This document shows, piece after piece, positions 40,798 to 55,013 of a stretch of DNA of 64,000 nt. Position 1 is the stretch's first letter. Each line of letters begins with the position of its first letter. A program made the translations under genes and the position numbers. The notes beneath the pieces were generated by a model. The model saw only the letters and a list, made by a program, of their open reading frames with translations. It was not told the origin of the DNA and did not search any database. The stretch is from Octopus vulgaris (lineage: Eukaryota): NCBI GenBank assembly GCA_951406725.2, contig OX597828.1:28210001-28274000 (forward strand), in the 5' to 3' direction.

Positions 40798-40892
40798 AAA
40801 TATAAACTATATATATATATATACATAATATATACTATATATATATGCATAATATATACTATATATATATATATACACTATGTATATATACT

Positions 40893-41117
40893 GTCCCAAT
40901 TATGCAAAAATGTAAATAACACTGACATTTCATTTTAGTAGATATATTTACCAAAATTATATAAAAATATCTTTAAAAATACTAAAGAGTAAATTTATTC
41001 AATAAAATCTCCATTGGCTTCAACCATGGCCTCCAGACAACTTCGGAGTCTCCTGCAACTCTCCTGGATGGTCTCCTTGTTTAAGTTGGTGAGTGCTGCC
41101 ATAATGCTTGCTTTCTG
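40893..41117 (-). mobile_element. Tc1/mariner (maT-like) transposase 3' end
   Basis: KASIMAALTNLNKETIQESCRRLRSCLEAMVEANGDFIE*. Confidence 0.8.
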
Positions 41118-41593
41118 GTATTACAAGGAGTTTTGGAGAAAATGGAGAAATATTGATGAACAACAATTGACTTCCATCATTTATTATTTATTAATTCAAT
41201 ACAAATAGACTGCATCCCATCTAACAGCTGTTTCTGCTTCCAATTTTGTATGGCATTGCCATTGATATGTTAAAAAATATTTATCATATTTGTAATGAAA
41301 CCGATCTGGAAAATTGAGTTTGATGAGAGTGAGGAATAAATAAAGAAGAGCATAGAGAAGAAAAAGGGAAAAGCTGAATATGATTGTAGTCCTACCATTT
41401 TGCTTGTGAATCTCTTTGGGATGTTAAGTAAATGACTAAACCAAAATGGCAATTAGTAAATTAATCTTTTGTACAGGTGGGGTGGGGTGGGGGCAGAATT
41501 GATAAATAATTAAAAAAAGCAAAGAATAATAGCAAGATACCTTGTAATGGATACTTCTGTTCCTTAGAAGGTTATTTTAACCTCTGACTCTGC

Positions 41594-42458
<865 letters not shown>

Positions 42459-42502
42459 ATATATATATATATGTATATATATATTTTATTTTATAGAAGG
42501 AG

Positions 42503-42550
42503 CTTCTACAGGACTAGAACTGTTTCATTCAAATGAAATCATCAGGAAAG
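42503..42550 (-). ncRNA. Minimal type I hammerhead ribozyme in an ~70-bp insert
   Basis: CUUUC CUGAUGA UUUC auuu GAAU GAAA CAG uucuaguc CUG UA GAAG. Core is intact; the first pair of stem II is a U-U mismatch. Confidence 0.65.
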
Positions 42551-42927
42551 ATAGATAGATGATATATGTATGTATGTGTGTGCACGTGTGTGTGCGTGTG
42601 TGTGTATTTATGTATGTATGTATTCACATCATATATTTTGAAGAAATTTGTTAAGAATATTTAATCATTTAGAACTGTTTTACCCACATTTTGTTAACGC
42701 TGCTATAAGAATACATTTAGACGCAAACACATCTTAAGTACACACACACACACAGATACAGTTTTATACTTGTAGACTCACAGACATGTGTGTGTGTGTG
42801 TGTGTGTTGTACACACACCTACCTTCACTTATAGTCAGATTACTCTCATAAAGACAAAAATAAACCTGAGAATGTGTAATAAATGATTTCAATGGAGAGT
42901 TTTCTTTTATATAGCTGCATTTGAATA

Positions 42928-42983
<56 letters not shown>

Positions 42984-43369
42984 TATATATACAAGTTTAT
43001 ATATTTATGTGTGTGTGTTTATGGGTATATATGTATATGAATTTGTATGTGTGTGCATGTCTGGGTTTATATGTATGAGTTTATATGTGTTTGTGTGTGT
43101 GTGTGTGTATAAGTTTGTACATATGTGTGTGTCTATGGTTTATATGTATATAAGCATGTGTGTGTGTGTCTGGGTTTATATGTATGAGTTTATGTGTGTG
43201 TGTGTGTTCATAGGTTTATATGTATATAAGTGTGTGTGTGTGTGTATGTCTGGGTTTATATGTATGAGTTTATATATATATATGTGTGTGTGTATGAGTT
43301 TATATGTATATGAGTTTATGTGTGTGTGTGTCTATGGATTTTCTATGTATATAAGTTTGTGTATGAGTT

Positions 43370-43411
<42 letters not shown>

Positions 43412-44114
43412 TGTGTGTGTGTGTGTGTTACGTTTATAGATATGCTTAGTATTTACAGTTTGAAAAGATTGGAGTTGGTGCTAAAAGTACGTGTATTGTA
43501 TTTGTTTCTTCTTATCTGTGTTTGTACTTAATCTTTACAAATAAGACTGTTAAACACTTACACCACATGACATGTCTCCCCACCCCCACCCCTACTCCCC
43601 CCTCCCTTTCCCCCTCTCATTTTCAGCCCCCCACCCCACCACCACCACCACACACACACACTTCCTTTTGCACTGGCAACTTCACCTTTCACAAGGTGCA
43701 TGGTTTCGCATATTTTCAAACGTTCCAATACAAAATCAGATAATATCAGCCAGTAATGCTGAAGGAACGGACGGATACGATTGCCTTGAAAATCTGAGTG
43801 GAAGAGGATTTGCAAAGGATAATCTATTCAGAATGGCCGTTTCCCACACTATTCAACCCTCCTCTTCTCTGCCCTATGACTTCATTTGTGCTTCACATTG
43901 TCTTCATCTTCTGATTAACTAAAGCTGAACAGTTGTGTGGTCACTTGCTGGACGGACTGCTGGTCACTGGTCACTCATCTCTCTCTCTCTCTCTCTGTCT
44001 TCCTCCCTATCCATCCTCTCTCTTTCTCATATACAAAGACATTACTGTTGTAAATGCTATTGCTGGCTGTCTGTTCAATTGAGGAAGGATTAAAGAAAGG
44101 CTCTATAAATCACA

Positions 44115-44166
<52 letters not shown>

Positions 44167-44832
44167 CTGATATATTTTCATACATTTTTAACCCAGTTGA
44201 ATTGTTGGTTTCCAGTGCTTTCATTTTGTGTTTATCTTTGATCAAAGAACCAGAGAACAGTTATTAAACGTTCCAACAATTCATTAGTGATTGGTTCGAG
44301 CTAAGAAACTGAATTTTTACTCTCTCCAAACAATCAAGCCACCAGCCTTCATCTCTTCTAATTCTATAACTGCTGCCATCTTACCAATTTCCCCCTCCTC
44401 TCTCCTAACTGTCACTCTTCTAACAACAACAACAGGGGAATTTTCAAATATATTAATTCTTTATAATCCTATATTCTATGATCATCATCATCATCATCAT
44501 TATCTAACATCTACTTTGCCATGCATAGGTCTGAAAGAATTTATGTAGCTGGATGCCTTCCCTGTCACCAATCCTTCTCTGTTTCAAGCAAAGTAATATT
44601 CTCCCAAATTTAAACTAAACTTAAAATCTAACGAGTGTCAGCTGAAGGGCACTAATCATTAATTACATTTACTGTTTTGAAATCCTCCATTATTTTAACA
44701 TGTTGCCCACATGTTTCTGCAACATGAGCAGAAGTCTGTGTCAATCATCATCATAATCATCGTGTTTTAATAACCCCTTTTCTATGCTGGCATGGGTCGG
44801 ATGGAATTCTTGAGGCAGATTTCCTGCAGCCA

Positions 44833-45680
44833 AGACATGCGAAGGCTTGAAAGGAATGGTTCTAGTATGCTCCGCTGGATGTGCAATGTCCATGTGCATG
44901 CATGACAAATTGGGCATAAGAGGCATCAGATGTGGTGTACAAGAGGGCTATCTGCACTGGTATGGTCATGTAATGACCATACCAGTGTAATGAAGGCAGC
45001 GAACTGGCAGAAACGTTAGCACGCCAGGCAAAATGCTTAGCAGTATTTCGTCTGCCGCTACGTTCTGGGTTCAAATTCCACTGAGGTCGACTTTGCCTTT
45101 CATCCTTTCGTGGGTCGATTAAATAAGTACCAGTTACGCATTGGGGTCGATATAATCTACTTAATCCATTTGTCTGTCCTTGTTTGTCCTCTCTGTGTTT
45201 AGCCCCTTGTGGGTAGTAAAGTAACAGGTATGGTCATGTAATGTGTATGAACAAGGACAGCTGTGTAAAGAAGTTCTGATCTCTAACTGTGGTGGGAACC
45301 CGTGGAAGAGGTAGACCCAGGAAAACAGGGGATGAGGTGGTGAAGCATGATCTTTGAATGTGGGCTTCACGACGGCAATGACTAATGACTGTGACCTCTG
45401 GCAATATGCTGTGCATGAGGAGACACATCAAGCCAAGTGAAGTCATAGTTGTGGTCAGTGCCAAACACACATTCCAGCTTCCATACCAGTGATAGGTAAA
45501 AGCACCCATGCCACTGACACATTAACACCACTCACTACACCCTCAGAGTGGTTAGCATTTGGAAGGGCATCCAGCTGTAGAAACTAAGCCATATTCAGAC
45601 TGGAACCTGGTATAGCTCTCTGGCTTAGCAGTTCCAGTCAAGCTGTCTAACCCATGCCAACATGGAAAGCAGATGTTAAA
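44833..45680 (+). mobile_element. RTE LINE 3' portion (ORF C-terminus + UTR) interrupted by a SINE
   Basis: DMRRLERNGSSMLRWMCNV...LHWYGHVM|CMNKDSCVKK...GTRGRGRPRKT, followed by the common tail. Confidence 0.9.
44993..45226 (+). mobile_element. SINE family A with 17-bp TSD
   Basis: TSD GGTATGGTCATGTAATG at 44959-44975 and 45227-45243. Confidence 0.92.
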
Positions 45681-45854
45681 GCAAGGTTATTGCTTCTCCC
45701 ATGGCTAGACATGTTTATCAAGGAAGACTCCAAACAACCTAACTTATATGATGATAATGCTTATTTACGACCATCACCCTAGACAAAGGGTGTACATCTA
45801 CACACACACACACACATACACACACACACACACACACGTGCATGTGATGACATG

Positions 45855-46135
45855 CAGCATAGCAGTTTGGGTGTTGCACTACAATTGCAAGAACATGGTT
45901 TTGTTTTTTAAACCAGCAATGTACTGTGTCCTTGAGTGGAACACTCCATTTCACGTTGCTCCAGTTCACTCAGCTGTAAATAGGGGTCACCCTGCAATGG
46001 AATGACCTTCCAATTAGGGGGGATGTTGGCTTTCTTGCCTAGCCAGTGGGATAGCATCATTCAAAACCTAAAACAATGCAAAGAAGCACAATGTGACTGG
46101 CAATGTATAAAAAACATAGCTTGCTTGATACAGTG
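45855..46135 (+). mobile_element. Degenerate tRNA-derived SINE sharing its tail with 57385
   Basis: gtgtccttgag...ccctgcaatggaatg...ctaaaacaatgcaaag...tgtgac. Confidence 0.65.
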
Positions 46136-46136
46136 T

Positions 46137-46171
<35 letters not shown>

Positions 46172-46194
46172 CTATCTATCACTCACTCTCTTTA

Positions 46195-46227
<33 letters not shown>

Positions 46228-46489
46228 CTCTCCCTCTCTCTAACTATCTATCTCTATCTCTTGCCCTCTCTATCTCTCACTCTCATTATCTCTCTCTCTC
46301 TCTGTCTGTCTCTCTCTCTCTCTCACTCTCTCTTTCTGTGGGTGTGTGGTAAGAAGCTTGTTTCCCAATCACATGATTCCCATAACTTAGCAGTTTGGTA
46401 AAAGAGACCAATAGAATAAGTACTGGGGTCAATTTGCTCGACTAAAGGTGGTGCTCCAGCAAGGCAACAGTCAAATGACTGAAACAAAT

Positions 46490-47500
46490 AAATCCCACCC
46501 CATGCCATAATGCTCTGTCCTCCCCATGAGTCTCTTTTCACCAGACAGCCATCAATATGATGATCACCCCTTCTTCTTCAAACCCTTGCTCTGCCATCCA
46601 TCACAGAAATGCAATATTGACTTTCATCAGAGAAGACTACAATCCTCCACTGCTGATAGCATCAGTTCTGATGTTTTTGACCCCACTGCAGACGTTGACA
46701 AGACATTAAAAGATCTCAGCTGGCAGCTAACTGCCACTGCACAAAGGGGTCTGTGGTGAATCCCTGTGGTCTACCTAGCTCATTCCATTGCCCTCCAGAA
46801 TCAGTTCTGGAAGTGCTGTTGGTACTGTGATAACCTTCAGTCGGTCACTGTGTGGACGATCATCCGTGCTGCTTGTTGCCTGTGTCCTTGAGTGAAACAC
46901 TCCATTTCACGTTGCTCCAGTGCACTCAGCTGTAAATAGGGGTCACCCTGCAATGGAATGGCCTTCTAATTAGGGGAGATGTTCCTGCAGTTCAAGCCAT
47001 TAGCAATGACGCATGGATGTTGACCAGCATGGAGACGTCCGATGGCTTGCTCCCACGGATTTCATGTCAGTCTTGGCATGCTTACTACGTTCAGGAAGCA
47101 AATGACAGGATGGTAAATTTTGATGCCTTTTATACCTATTTCTTTACTACCCACAAGGGGCCAAACACAGAGGGGATAAACAAGGACAGACAAACGGATT
47201 AAGTCAATTATATCGACCCCAGTGCGTAACTGGTACTTATTTAATCGACCCCGAAAGGATGAAAGGCAAAGTCGACCTTGGCGGAATTTGAACCCAGAAC
47301 GTAGTAGCAGACGAAATACCACTAAGCATTTCGCCCGGCGTGCTAACGATTCTGCCAGTTCACTGCCTTTTATACCCAATGAGTCAACGTTTTGACTCTG
47401 CATCATGCTTTTCATAAAGATTCATAAAGGTTCATTTGCAAGCATTACCATGTTTAAAGAAAAGTGAGCGAGTGCGAACCCTACATGCAATCTTTGTGTT
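46490..47500 (-). mobile_element. Tc1-family transposon remnant with nested inserts
   Basis: MPRLT*NPWEQAIGRLHAG...IANGLNC; TDDRPHSDRLKVIT; FSDESQY; WGGQSIMAWGGI (GGGSVMVWG motif). Confidence 0.8.
47137..47368 (-). mobile_element. SINE family A with TSD
   Basis: TGCCTTTTATACC at 47124-47136 and 47364-47376. Confidence 0.9.
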
Positions 47501-47598
47501 TCCAAAGGAGAGTAGTGTTGTGGGTCAGTGACATCTTCCTGATGTCAAATTACCTAGAAATGTGATAAAATCCCTATAATGATGATGGTCATGATCAT

Positions 47599-47622
<24 letters not shown>

Positions 47623-47631
<9 letters not shown>

Positions 47632-47712
47632 ACATGCTTGTGTGTGTGCACATGCGTGTGTGTGTGCACATGCGTGTGTGTGTGCACATGCGTGTGTGTG
47701 TGCACATGCGTG
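47623..47712. repeat. Minisatellite (gtgtgtgtgcacatgc-type unit, about 5 copies)
   Basis: Seen directly. Confidence 0.85.
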
Positions 47713-48953
47713 TGTGTGTGTGTATGTGTGTGATATTTAAAGCTTTGTCTACTTGTAGATTTGGGGGTGGGAGACATGCACAAACATACACACAGGCACA
47801 GCATTCATACACACACTCACACATGCAAGCATTCACATACACATACACACACATGCATACATACACATGCATACACACATATGCACACACTCATTTCCAG
47901 ACAGAATTCCTTTGATATATAATACATTTTATAAAAATTCTCTCATTATTTTTGTATATATATATATATGTATGTATATATATTGCCTTTTAATCCATAT
48001 ATAAATTTATATAGTGTATAGAGATGCACATACATACCAGAGTTTATAAGTGTGAATAAACAAGTGTACATATTGAAATAATGCAGATATGTGTGTTTAT
48101 ATATTTGTGTCATTGACAACAACTGCAAAAAAATTAATAAAAATAGTAAAATTCTTATGCAAGGTAGTTTTGCTGTTTTTTGAAAAGATTATGTGTAATT
48201 TTCAGAAAAATCTCATTTCCTTCCTTCAACACGGAAATGTTAGAGTTATTCAGGACATCTTGTTACTTCCACCATGTTTGTGGCTTCCAAGAGGGAGTAG
48301 AACGATTGCTAAACAGAAGATGATTAAAATAGGGGACTCATACGTGTTTCATTCAATGTTTTATTCCTCTTATCAGAATGTATTTAAAAAATACTACCAC
48401 TACTAACAGCATTATTATTATTATTACTACTACTATTACTATTATTATTATTATTGTTATAGCTGTTATTATCATTATTATTATTACTACTACTACTCCC
48501 ACTACTACCTCTGTTATTATTACTATTGATATTATTATTATTATTGTTGTTGTTATTATTATCATTTAGGGTTTTATTTTTCATTTTTGGTAAAAAAATT
48601 TTCTTCGCTGTTTTTCACTGTTGAATTATGAATAGTGCAGAGAAAATAGGAAATTCCAAGAAATATAACGTTCTCTTCCTCTGGAAACCACAAAGATGGC
48701 ATGTGTGTGTGTGTGTGTATGGATGGAGTAACTGCAAGAATTTATATGTTTTCAATGAAGTCTAAGACAGGAGCACCACCACCACCAGCATCATCTTTAC
48801 AATTCTTCAGAAAGAAGAAAGAACAAAAATAAAAATACAGGCATAACTGTAAACTATTATCGTATTTTCATGATACATATTTATATACAATACGAAAAAT
48901 GAATACTTTTGTGTGATACAAAAGAAAAACAGTAATCCACAAATATTTCCTTG

Positions 48954-48987
<34 letters not shown>

Positions 48988-49275
48988 GTAATAATAATAA
49001 TGATAATGATAACAATAATAAGGATGATGGAGATGGTGGTGGTGATGATGATGAAAAAAAACAATTGTGTGTGTGTGTGTTTTATCATACATTATTCCAT
49101 TCACATATGAATGCAACAAGTTGGTAGAATCCTCAGCACACAGAGCAAGACCTTTTGTGGCATTTCAGTTATCTTTATGTTCTGAGTTCAAATTCCACTG
49201 GAGCAGGGGTCGACTTCTTTTCAGACCTTTCTAGGTTGATAAAATAAGTACCAGTTGCACACTGGGGTCAATAAT

Positions 49276-49693
49276 GGGATCTTTTTGGTTTGAACGGCAG
49301 TTTTTTCTAGCGGTGTCATATGAAATTGTCACCCATAATTAGGACCCTAGTATTGATCTATTGCATTTCAATCTATTTTAGGGTTAGGGGTTACGGTTAG
49401 GGGGGGGTATCTTTTTTACTTCACAAATGTAAATAAACCCAATCTGTTTCTTAAACGAGGGACATATTCATACTGCACAGAATGTTTATAACCTCAATAC
49501 ACGTCATTGATTGGTTGACATTGCAGAAATTGAAGAAAAAAATCAACAAATATCTTACAAACTATAGAATTTTCTCAATAAAGCCAAGAGAAAAAGATGT
49601 TTTATAAACACATTCTACCAGTATACAAAGTTTTAAATTTTTTAGTTACCTAGAAATTATGTTAAAAACTGCCGTTCAAACCAAAAGGATCCC
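49276..49693. mobile_element. MITE with ~30-bp TIRs inserted in a family A SINE
   Basis: GGGATCTTTTTGGTTTGAACGGCAGTTTTT / AAAAACTGCCGTTCAAACCAAAAGGATCCC, flanked by AATAAT on both sides. Internal TTTAGGGTTAGGGGTTACGGTTAGGG. Confidence 0.92.
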
Positions 49694-50424
49694 AATAATG
49701 TAATCAATTAATCCCGTCGCTCAAAATTTCAGGCCTTGTGCCTATAGTAGAAAAAGGATTATTTATTATATTTACGCATGCATCGGTTTGGTAGGTTTTT
49801 CACGAACACATCTCCAAACCCAGGCGTGTACGACACACATTGGCAGAAATGAACAGCGACTAGAGGAGTGGGTATGGTCACTGGTTGTTTAGTTATAAAC
49901 TATTAGGTCTTGAGTTCAAATACACAGCAGGTGTCATTTATCTCCAGTGTTTGTTTGTTTCTATTCTTCTTAGAATGTTACCTCTTTTTTTTTTTATCTT
50001 TTACATTTTATTTGTTTCAATCATTGACTGTGGCCATGCTGGGGCACTGACTTGAAGAGTTTATCAAACAAATTGACTCCAGTAATTGTTTCTTAAAGTC
50101 TGGTGCTTATTCTATCAGTTTCTTTTGCTAAGGTACAGGAATGTAAACAAACCAACACCGTTTGTCAAGTGATGTTGAGTGGGACAAACACAAACACACA
50201 CACACACACACGCACATACACACATATATATACACAACAGGTTTCCACACTTTCCCTCTACCAAATCCACCCATAAGACATTGGTTCCCTTAGGACAATA
50301 GTAAAGCGACTCCTGCCCAAAGTGCCACACAATGAGACTTAATTTGAAATGGCATGGTTGCAAAGTGAGCATCTTAATTGGTCTAAGTAATTACTGGCCT
50401 TGTAATGAAATTTCAAACCCTTAT

Positions 50425-50800
50425 TATTATTATCGTTATTATTCAGTAGTCTTCATTTTATCATATGCTTTTACTGCATTACCGAGCGCAGCACTGTGTG
50501 CCTTGGGTGTGTGCTGTGGTTTGTTGTGGTGCTCTTATTTTCACTGTATTGAAAGTGTTTTATGTAGGATGTGTGCAGTGCCAAGTAGTGCAATTTTCTG
50601 TATGTTATATATATTTGTTAGTCCTGGTGTTTTTGTTATGTAGTTACCTAATGTGCCTATTATTATAGGAATTGTCACTGTTTCTAGACACCACATACAA
50701 GTTACCTCTATTTCCAGGTTTTTGTATTTTGAAAGTTTCTCCATTTCTTTTAAAGAAACATCGTCTTCTACTGGTATTGATACATCGATTAGAAAGCATT
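50425..50800 (-). mobile_element. R4/Dong-like LINE 3' end (restriction-like endonuclease) in (TTA)n
   Basis: LIDVSIP...EKLSKYKNLEIEVTCMWCLETVTIPIIIGTLG...IQKIALLGTAHILHKTLSIQ*, flanked by TAA repeats. Confidence 0.85.
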
Positions 50801-51047
50801 GTTATCATTGTTATTATTATTATTATTATTATGGCAAGAAGCTGGCAGAGTCATTAGCATGCTGGACAAAATACTTAGTAGCATTTCATCTGTCATTGTG
50901 TCCTGAGTTCAAATTCCACCAAGGTTCACTGTACCTTTCATCCTTTTAGGGTCAGGGAAATAAGTACCAGTTGTGTACTGGGGAAGGTGTAATCAACTAA
51001 ACCCCTCTCTTAAAAAATTTCAAGCCTTGTAACTAAAGTATAAAGGA

Positions 51048-51098
51048 ATTCTTCTTCTTCTTCTTCTTCTTCTTCTTCTTCTTCATCTTCTTCTTCTT

Positions 51099-51195
<97 letters not shown>
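51048..51195. repeat. (TTC)n(TTA)n microsatellite
   Basis: Seen directly. Confidence 0.98.
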
Positions 51196-51196
<1 letters not shown>

Positions 51197-53439
51197 CATC
51201 GAGTGAGTGAGGGAGCATGCCATCAAAGTGACACTGAGTTAAAATATACAAAACCCAATATACCTATCATGACTACCCATCTGATAAGGGTACACCAAGC
51301 TCATGCATCACAACCATATGTGTGCGACATGGTATATTATTATTATTATTATTATTATTATTATCATAAGAGCAGCAGATTGGCAGAATTATTAGAGCAT
51401 CAGTTCAATTCCTGTCAAGATCAACTCTGCCTCTCATCACTCAGGGGTAAATAAAATAAAAGTACAAGTGAAGTACTAAAGACAATTTAATCATGTGAAC
51501 AACTCCTGGAAAATGTCAGGCTTTCTGTCTTGCTGGAAGCAGTTATTATTAGTGTTGTTGTTGTTGTTGTCTTGAGGTGTTCAGTAAACAGAGAGATTAT
51601 TTAGATCACTATAATGGAATGGTGCAGAAATTGCTTCAGTCAACTACTGTCATTTGTTCGCCTCTTGATAACAGGTATTTAACTCAGATTCCACCTTACC
51701 GTTTCTTTTCCCTGGAACTCTTTGCTGTCTAATACCTATAATATACCATTTTAGCCAATGTGCTTCATATTTGTCTTGCTGGGGAGTCTTTAGTTTCTAC
51801 ACCGAATCTCTTATAACAGAACAGACAACAACAAATTAGCCTTTTGCTAGAAATTCCTACTCATTATCTCAGCCTCTCAGATGGTATAAGGACAGCGAGG
51901 AAGACAGAGCAAAGCAAAACAAAGTTATGTGCCTGCAGATTGCAAAAGTAAAATGTTTGGTGGAGTGATGGTAAGGTGTGTCTGTTTCTGTGGCACCAAT
52001 GGCTTCACCGAGATGAAAATGATTGAAAAAGATAACAAAGAATAGATTGCTAATTTTGGTTTTTTGATATAATGCTTTTAAGGATTCCTCTGTTTTTGTT
52101 TGTTTTCCTTTCAAATTTCATGCACACACATATAAAGCTCAAATGAATACTCATTGTAGTTGTGTCTTATTCTGGTTTTGCATGCATACATAAATATATA
52201 CATACACCCACATACATATACACACATGTATATATATTTAAAAAAAAAAGAAAATGCTTTGAGACATGATGAACAAAAGAAAAAGTATTATTTACATTTT
52301 TATCAAAATATGCTACAGGTTTCAGTTGTTTTAGGACAAATTTAGTCATGCACACACATACAAAAACACACACATACACATACAAACACACAACATACAC
52401 ACACACATACAAAAATGCAAACACACACACACACACAAACAGACAAAAAACACACATTCACACACACACACACTCACACACACACACACACACAAACAGA
52501 GAAAAAACACACATTCACACACACACACACTCACACACACATATATATGACAGGCTTTCAGTTTCCGTCAACCAAATCCACTCATTATGCTTTGGTTGGC
52601 CCGCGGATATAGTAAAAAAACACTTGCCCAAGTCTCAAGCAGAAGGACTGAACCTGGAACCATGTGGTTGGTAAGCAAATTTCTTACTACGCAATGACAT
52701 CTGTGCCTATAGTCATGTATTTAATGAAACCTGTATGTATACACTGGTTATATGCATTTATGCACAGATGTAAGTAATGTAACCTCACTTCTCAAATGAC
52801 AATATGAGGTTAGGTAGTCCTTCACCATATATCAGTCTAATTTATTTATCAGTCTGTTTGTCTCCTTATCTATATCTCTGACTATTTCCTTTCACAATAT
52901 GATTAGTTTACAAGTTGCCATCTCAGGACTCTGGTATTTATAGATTCATGTGTGTATGTTTACGTGTGTGTACATATGTTTGCGTATCTTAATGTGTCAT
53001 GTGCATGTTTGTTGTCCATATGTATGTAGATGTTATGAACATGTGTCATGTAAATGTAATTCAGATGTCATTGTAACCTATCCCAGTGAGCATTAGAGAT
53101 CAAGTTAAACTTCACGTAAACCCATTACATTGAATGCATATCCGTCTCTTTGCTTATTTCTCTTTATTCTCCTGTTCTAGTTTCCAGGATAGAGATTTGC
53201 AGTACCTTGAGGCCTAAAATATGCAAACCATCTAGAGATGGGAGACTGCAGAAAGACAAAAACATAGCAAAAACAGAAACTGATACCTGTGTGAGAGGGC
53301 CTTAGTTTACTGAAATATGTAATCTAACAATAATATACCAGAGGAAATATTATCTTGCTTGGCAACAGGTGAGGACTGTCAATAGAAATAGTATCTATTT
53401 GCTATAGAAAATTTGTCTTTATAAATATCATCAAACTTA

Positions 53440-53855
53440 CTCTCTCTTTACTCTTTTACTTGTTTCAGTCATCTGATTGCGGCCATGCTGGAGCACCACC
53501 TTTAATCGAGCAACTCGACACCGGGACTTATTCTCTTGTAAGCCCAGTACTTATTCTATCGGTCTCTTTTGCCGAACCGCTAAGTAACGGAGACATAAAC
53601 ACACCAGCATCGGTTGTCAAGCAATGCTAGGGGGACAAACACAGACACACAAACACACACACGCATATATATATATATATATACATATATACGACGGGCT
53701 TCTTTCAGTTTCCGTCTACCAAATCCACTCACAAGGCTTTGGTCGGCCCGGGGCTATAGTAGAAGACACTTGCCCAAGGTGCCACGCAGTGGGACTGAAC
53801 CCGGGACCATGTGGCTGGTAAACAAGCTACTTACCACACAGCCACTCCTGCACCT
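53440..53855 (-). mobile_element. Near full-length young SINE family B
   Basis: Reverse complement: gcaggagtggctgtgtggtaagtagc...gggttcagtcccactgcgtggcaccttgggcaagtgtcttc...gactgaaacaagtaaaagagtaaaag. Degraded relatives at ~20000, 21420, 27240, 36395, 49990, 52545, 56770, 57150, 58730 and 62940. Confidence 0.92.
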
Positions 53856-54314
53856 ATGCAAGCATATTGTTGAGGTAGAAGAATCATTAGCACATTGGAC
53901 AAAACACCTAGCAGCACTCTGTCTGTCTGTTTGTCTGTTCATTCTATGTTCGAGTTCCAACAAGGTTGACTTCGCCTTTCATCCATTTGGTGGGGTCAAT
54001 GAAATAAGTACCAGCTGAGTATTAGGGATTGCTATAATTGACTGTCCCCTACCCCACAAAAATTTCAGGCCTTGTACTTCTAGTATAAAGGATCATCATC
54101 CTCATCATCACCATCACCATCATCACCACCATCATCACCACCATCATCACCACCATCATCATCATCAAGTGAATGTCATCAAAGTGATACTGGGGTAAAA
54201 TATACGAAGCCCAGTATACCCATCATGAGTACCCGTCCGATAAGGGCACACCAGGCGCACGCATCACAACCATATGTGCGCGACATGGTGATCTCATGTC
54301 AAGATAAACAGTAC

Positions 54315-54850
54315 TCATCAAGCCAAGTGAAATCATAGTTATGGCCAGTGCCAGTGATACGTAACAGCTTCTGTTCCAGTGACACATAAAAGGCACCAAC
54401 ACTACTCTCTCAGAGTGCATTAGGAAGGGCAATAAGAAGGGCATTCAGCTGTAGAAATCAAGCCAAATTCACCTGAACCTGGTGCAGCTCTCCAGCTTAC
54501 CTGTTCCAGTCAAACCGTCCAACCCATGCCAGCATGGAAAGCAAACATTAAATCATGTTGATGTCCGTTTTCCATGCTGGCATAGGTTTGAATGAAGTCT
54601 AGGGAGCCAGTAGGCTGCACCTGGCTCCAATCTGATCTAGCAATGTTTCTACAGCTGGATGCCCTTCCTAATGCCAACCACTCCAAGAGTGTAGTGGGTG
54701 CTTTTTCCGTCCCTCCGGCACAGGAGCCAGTCAGGTGACACTGGCACCGACCCACGTTTGAATGGTTCTTATTACATGCCACCAGCACGGGTGCCAGTCA
54801 GGCGGCACTGGCATCTGCCACAACTACAATTTCCATTTTGGATGATGATT
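54315..54850. mobile_element. Tail-to-tail RTE tails forming a fold-back
   Basis: The plus copy ends ~54552 and the minus copy begins ~54558. Confidence 0.85.
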
Positions 54851-54889
54851 TCCATCTTGATTTTGATAGGAAATTAAATGTTATGGCCA

Positions 54890-55013
54890 GTCATAGAGTG
54901 ATCATTGATTTTGAACCTATAAAGCACTTTACAGTATTGTCAACTTGTTAGTCTTTGAGTCCAATGTACTGCTAAGTGCTTTGTGGGTTGAAAACCAATG
55001 GTCACTCTATGAC
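54890..55013. repeat. Imperfect hairpin with ~47-bp arms
   Basis: gtcatagagtgatcattgattttgaacctataaagcactttacagta / tactgctaagtgctttgtgggttgaaaaccaatggtcactctatgac. Confidence 0.9.

Noticed and set aside
51880-51970. Plus-strand exon-like segment (ctctcag...ATG|gtaagg)
   Set aside because: Stops in all three frames and no supporting neighbours; cannot be called.
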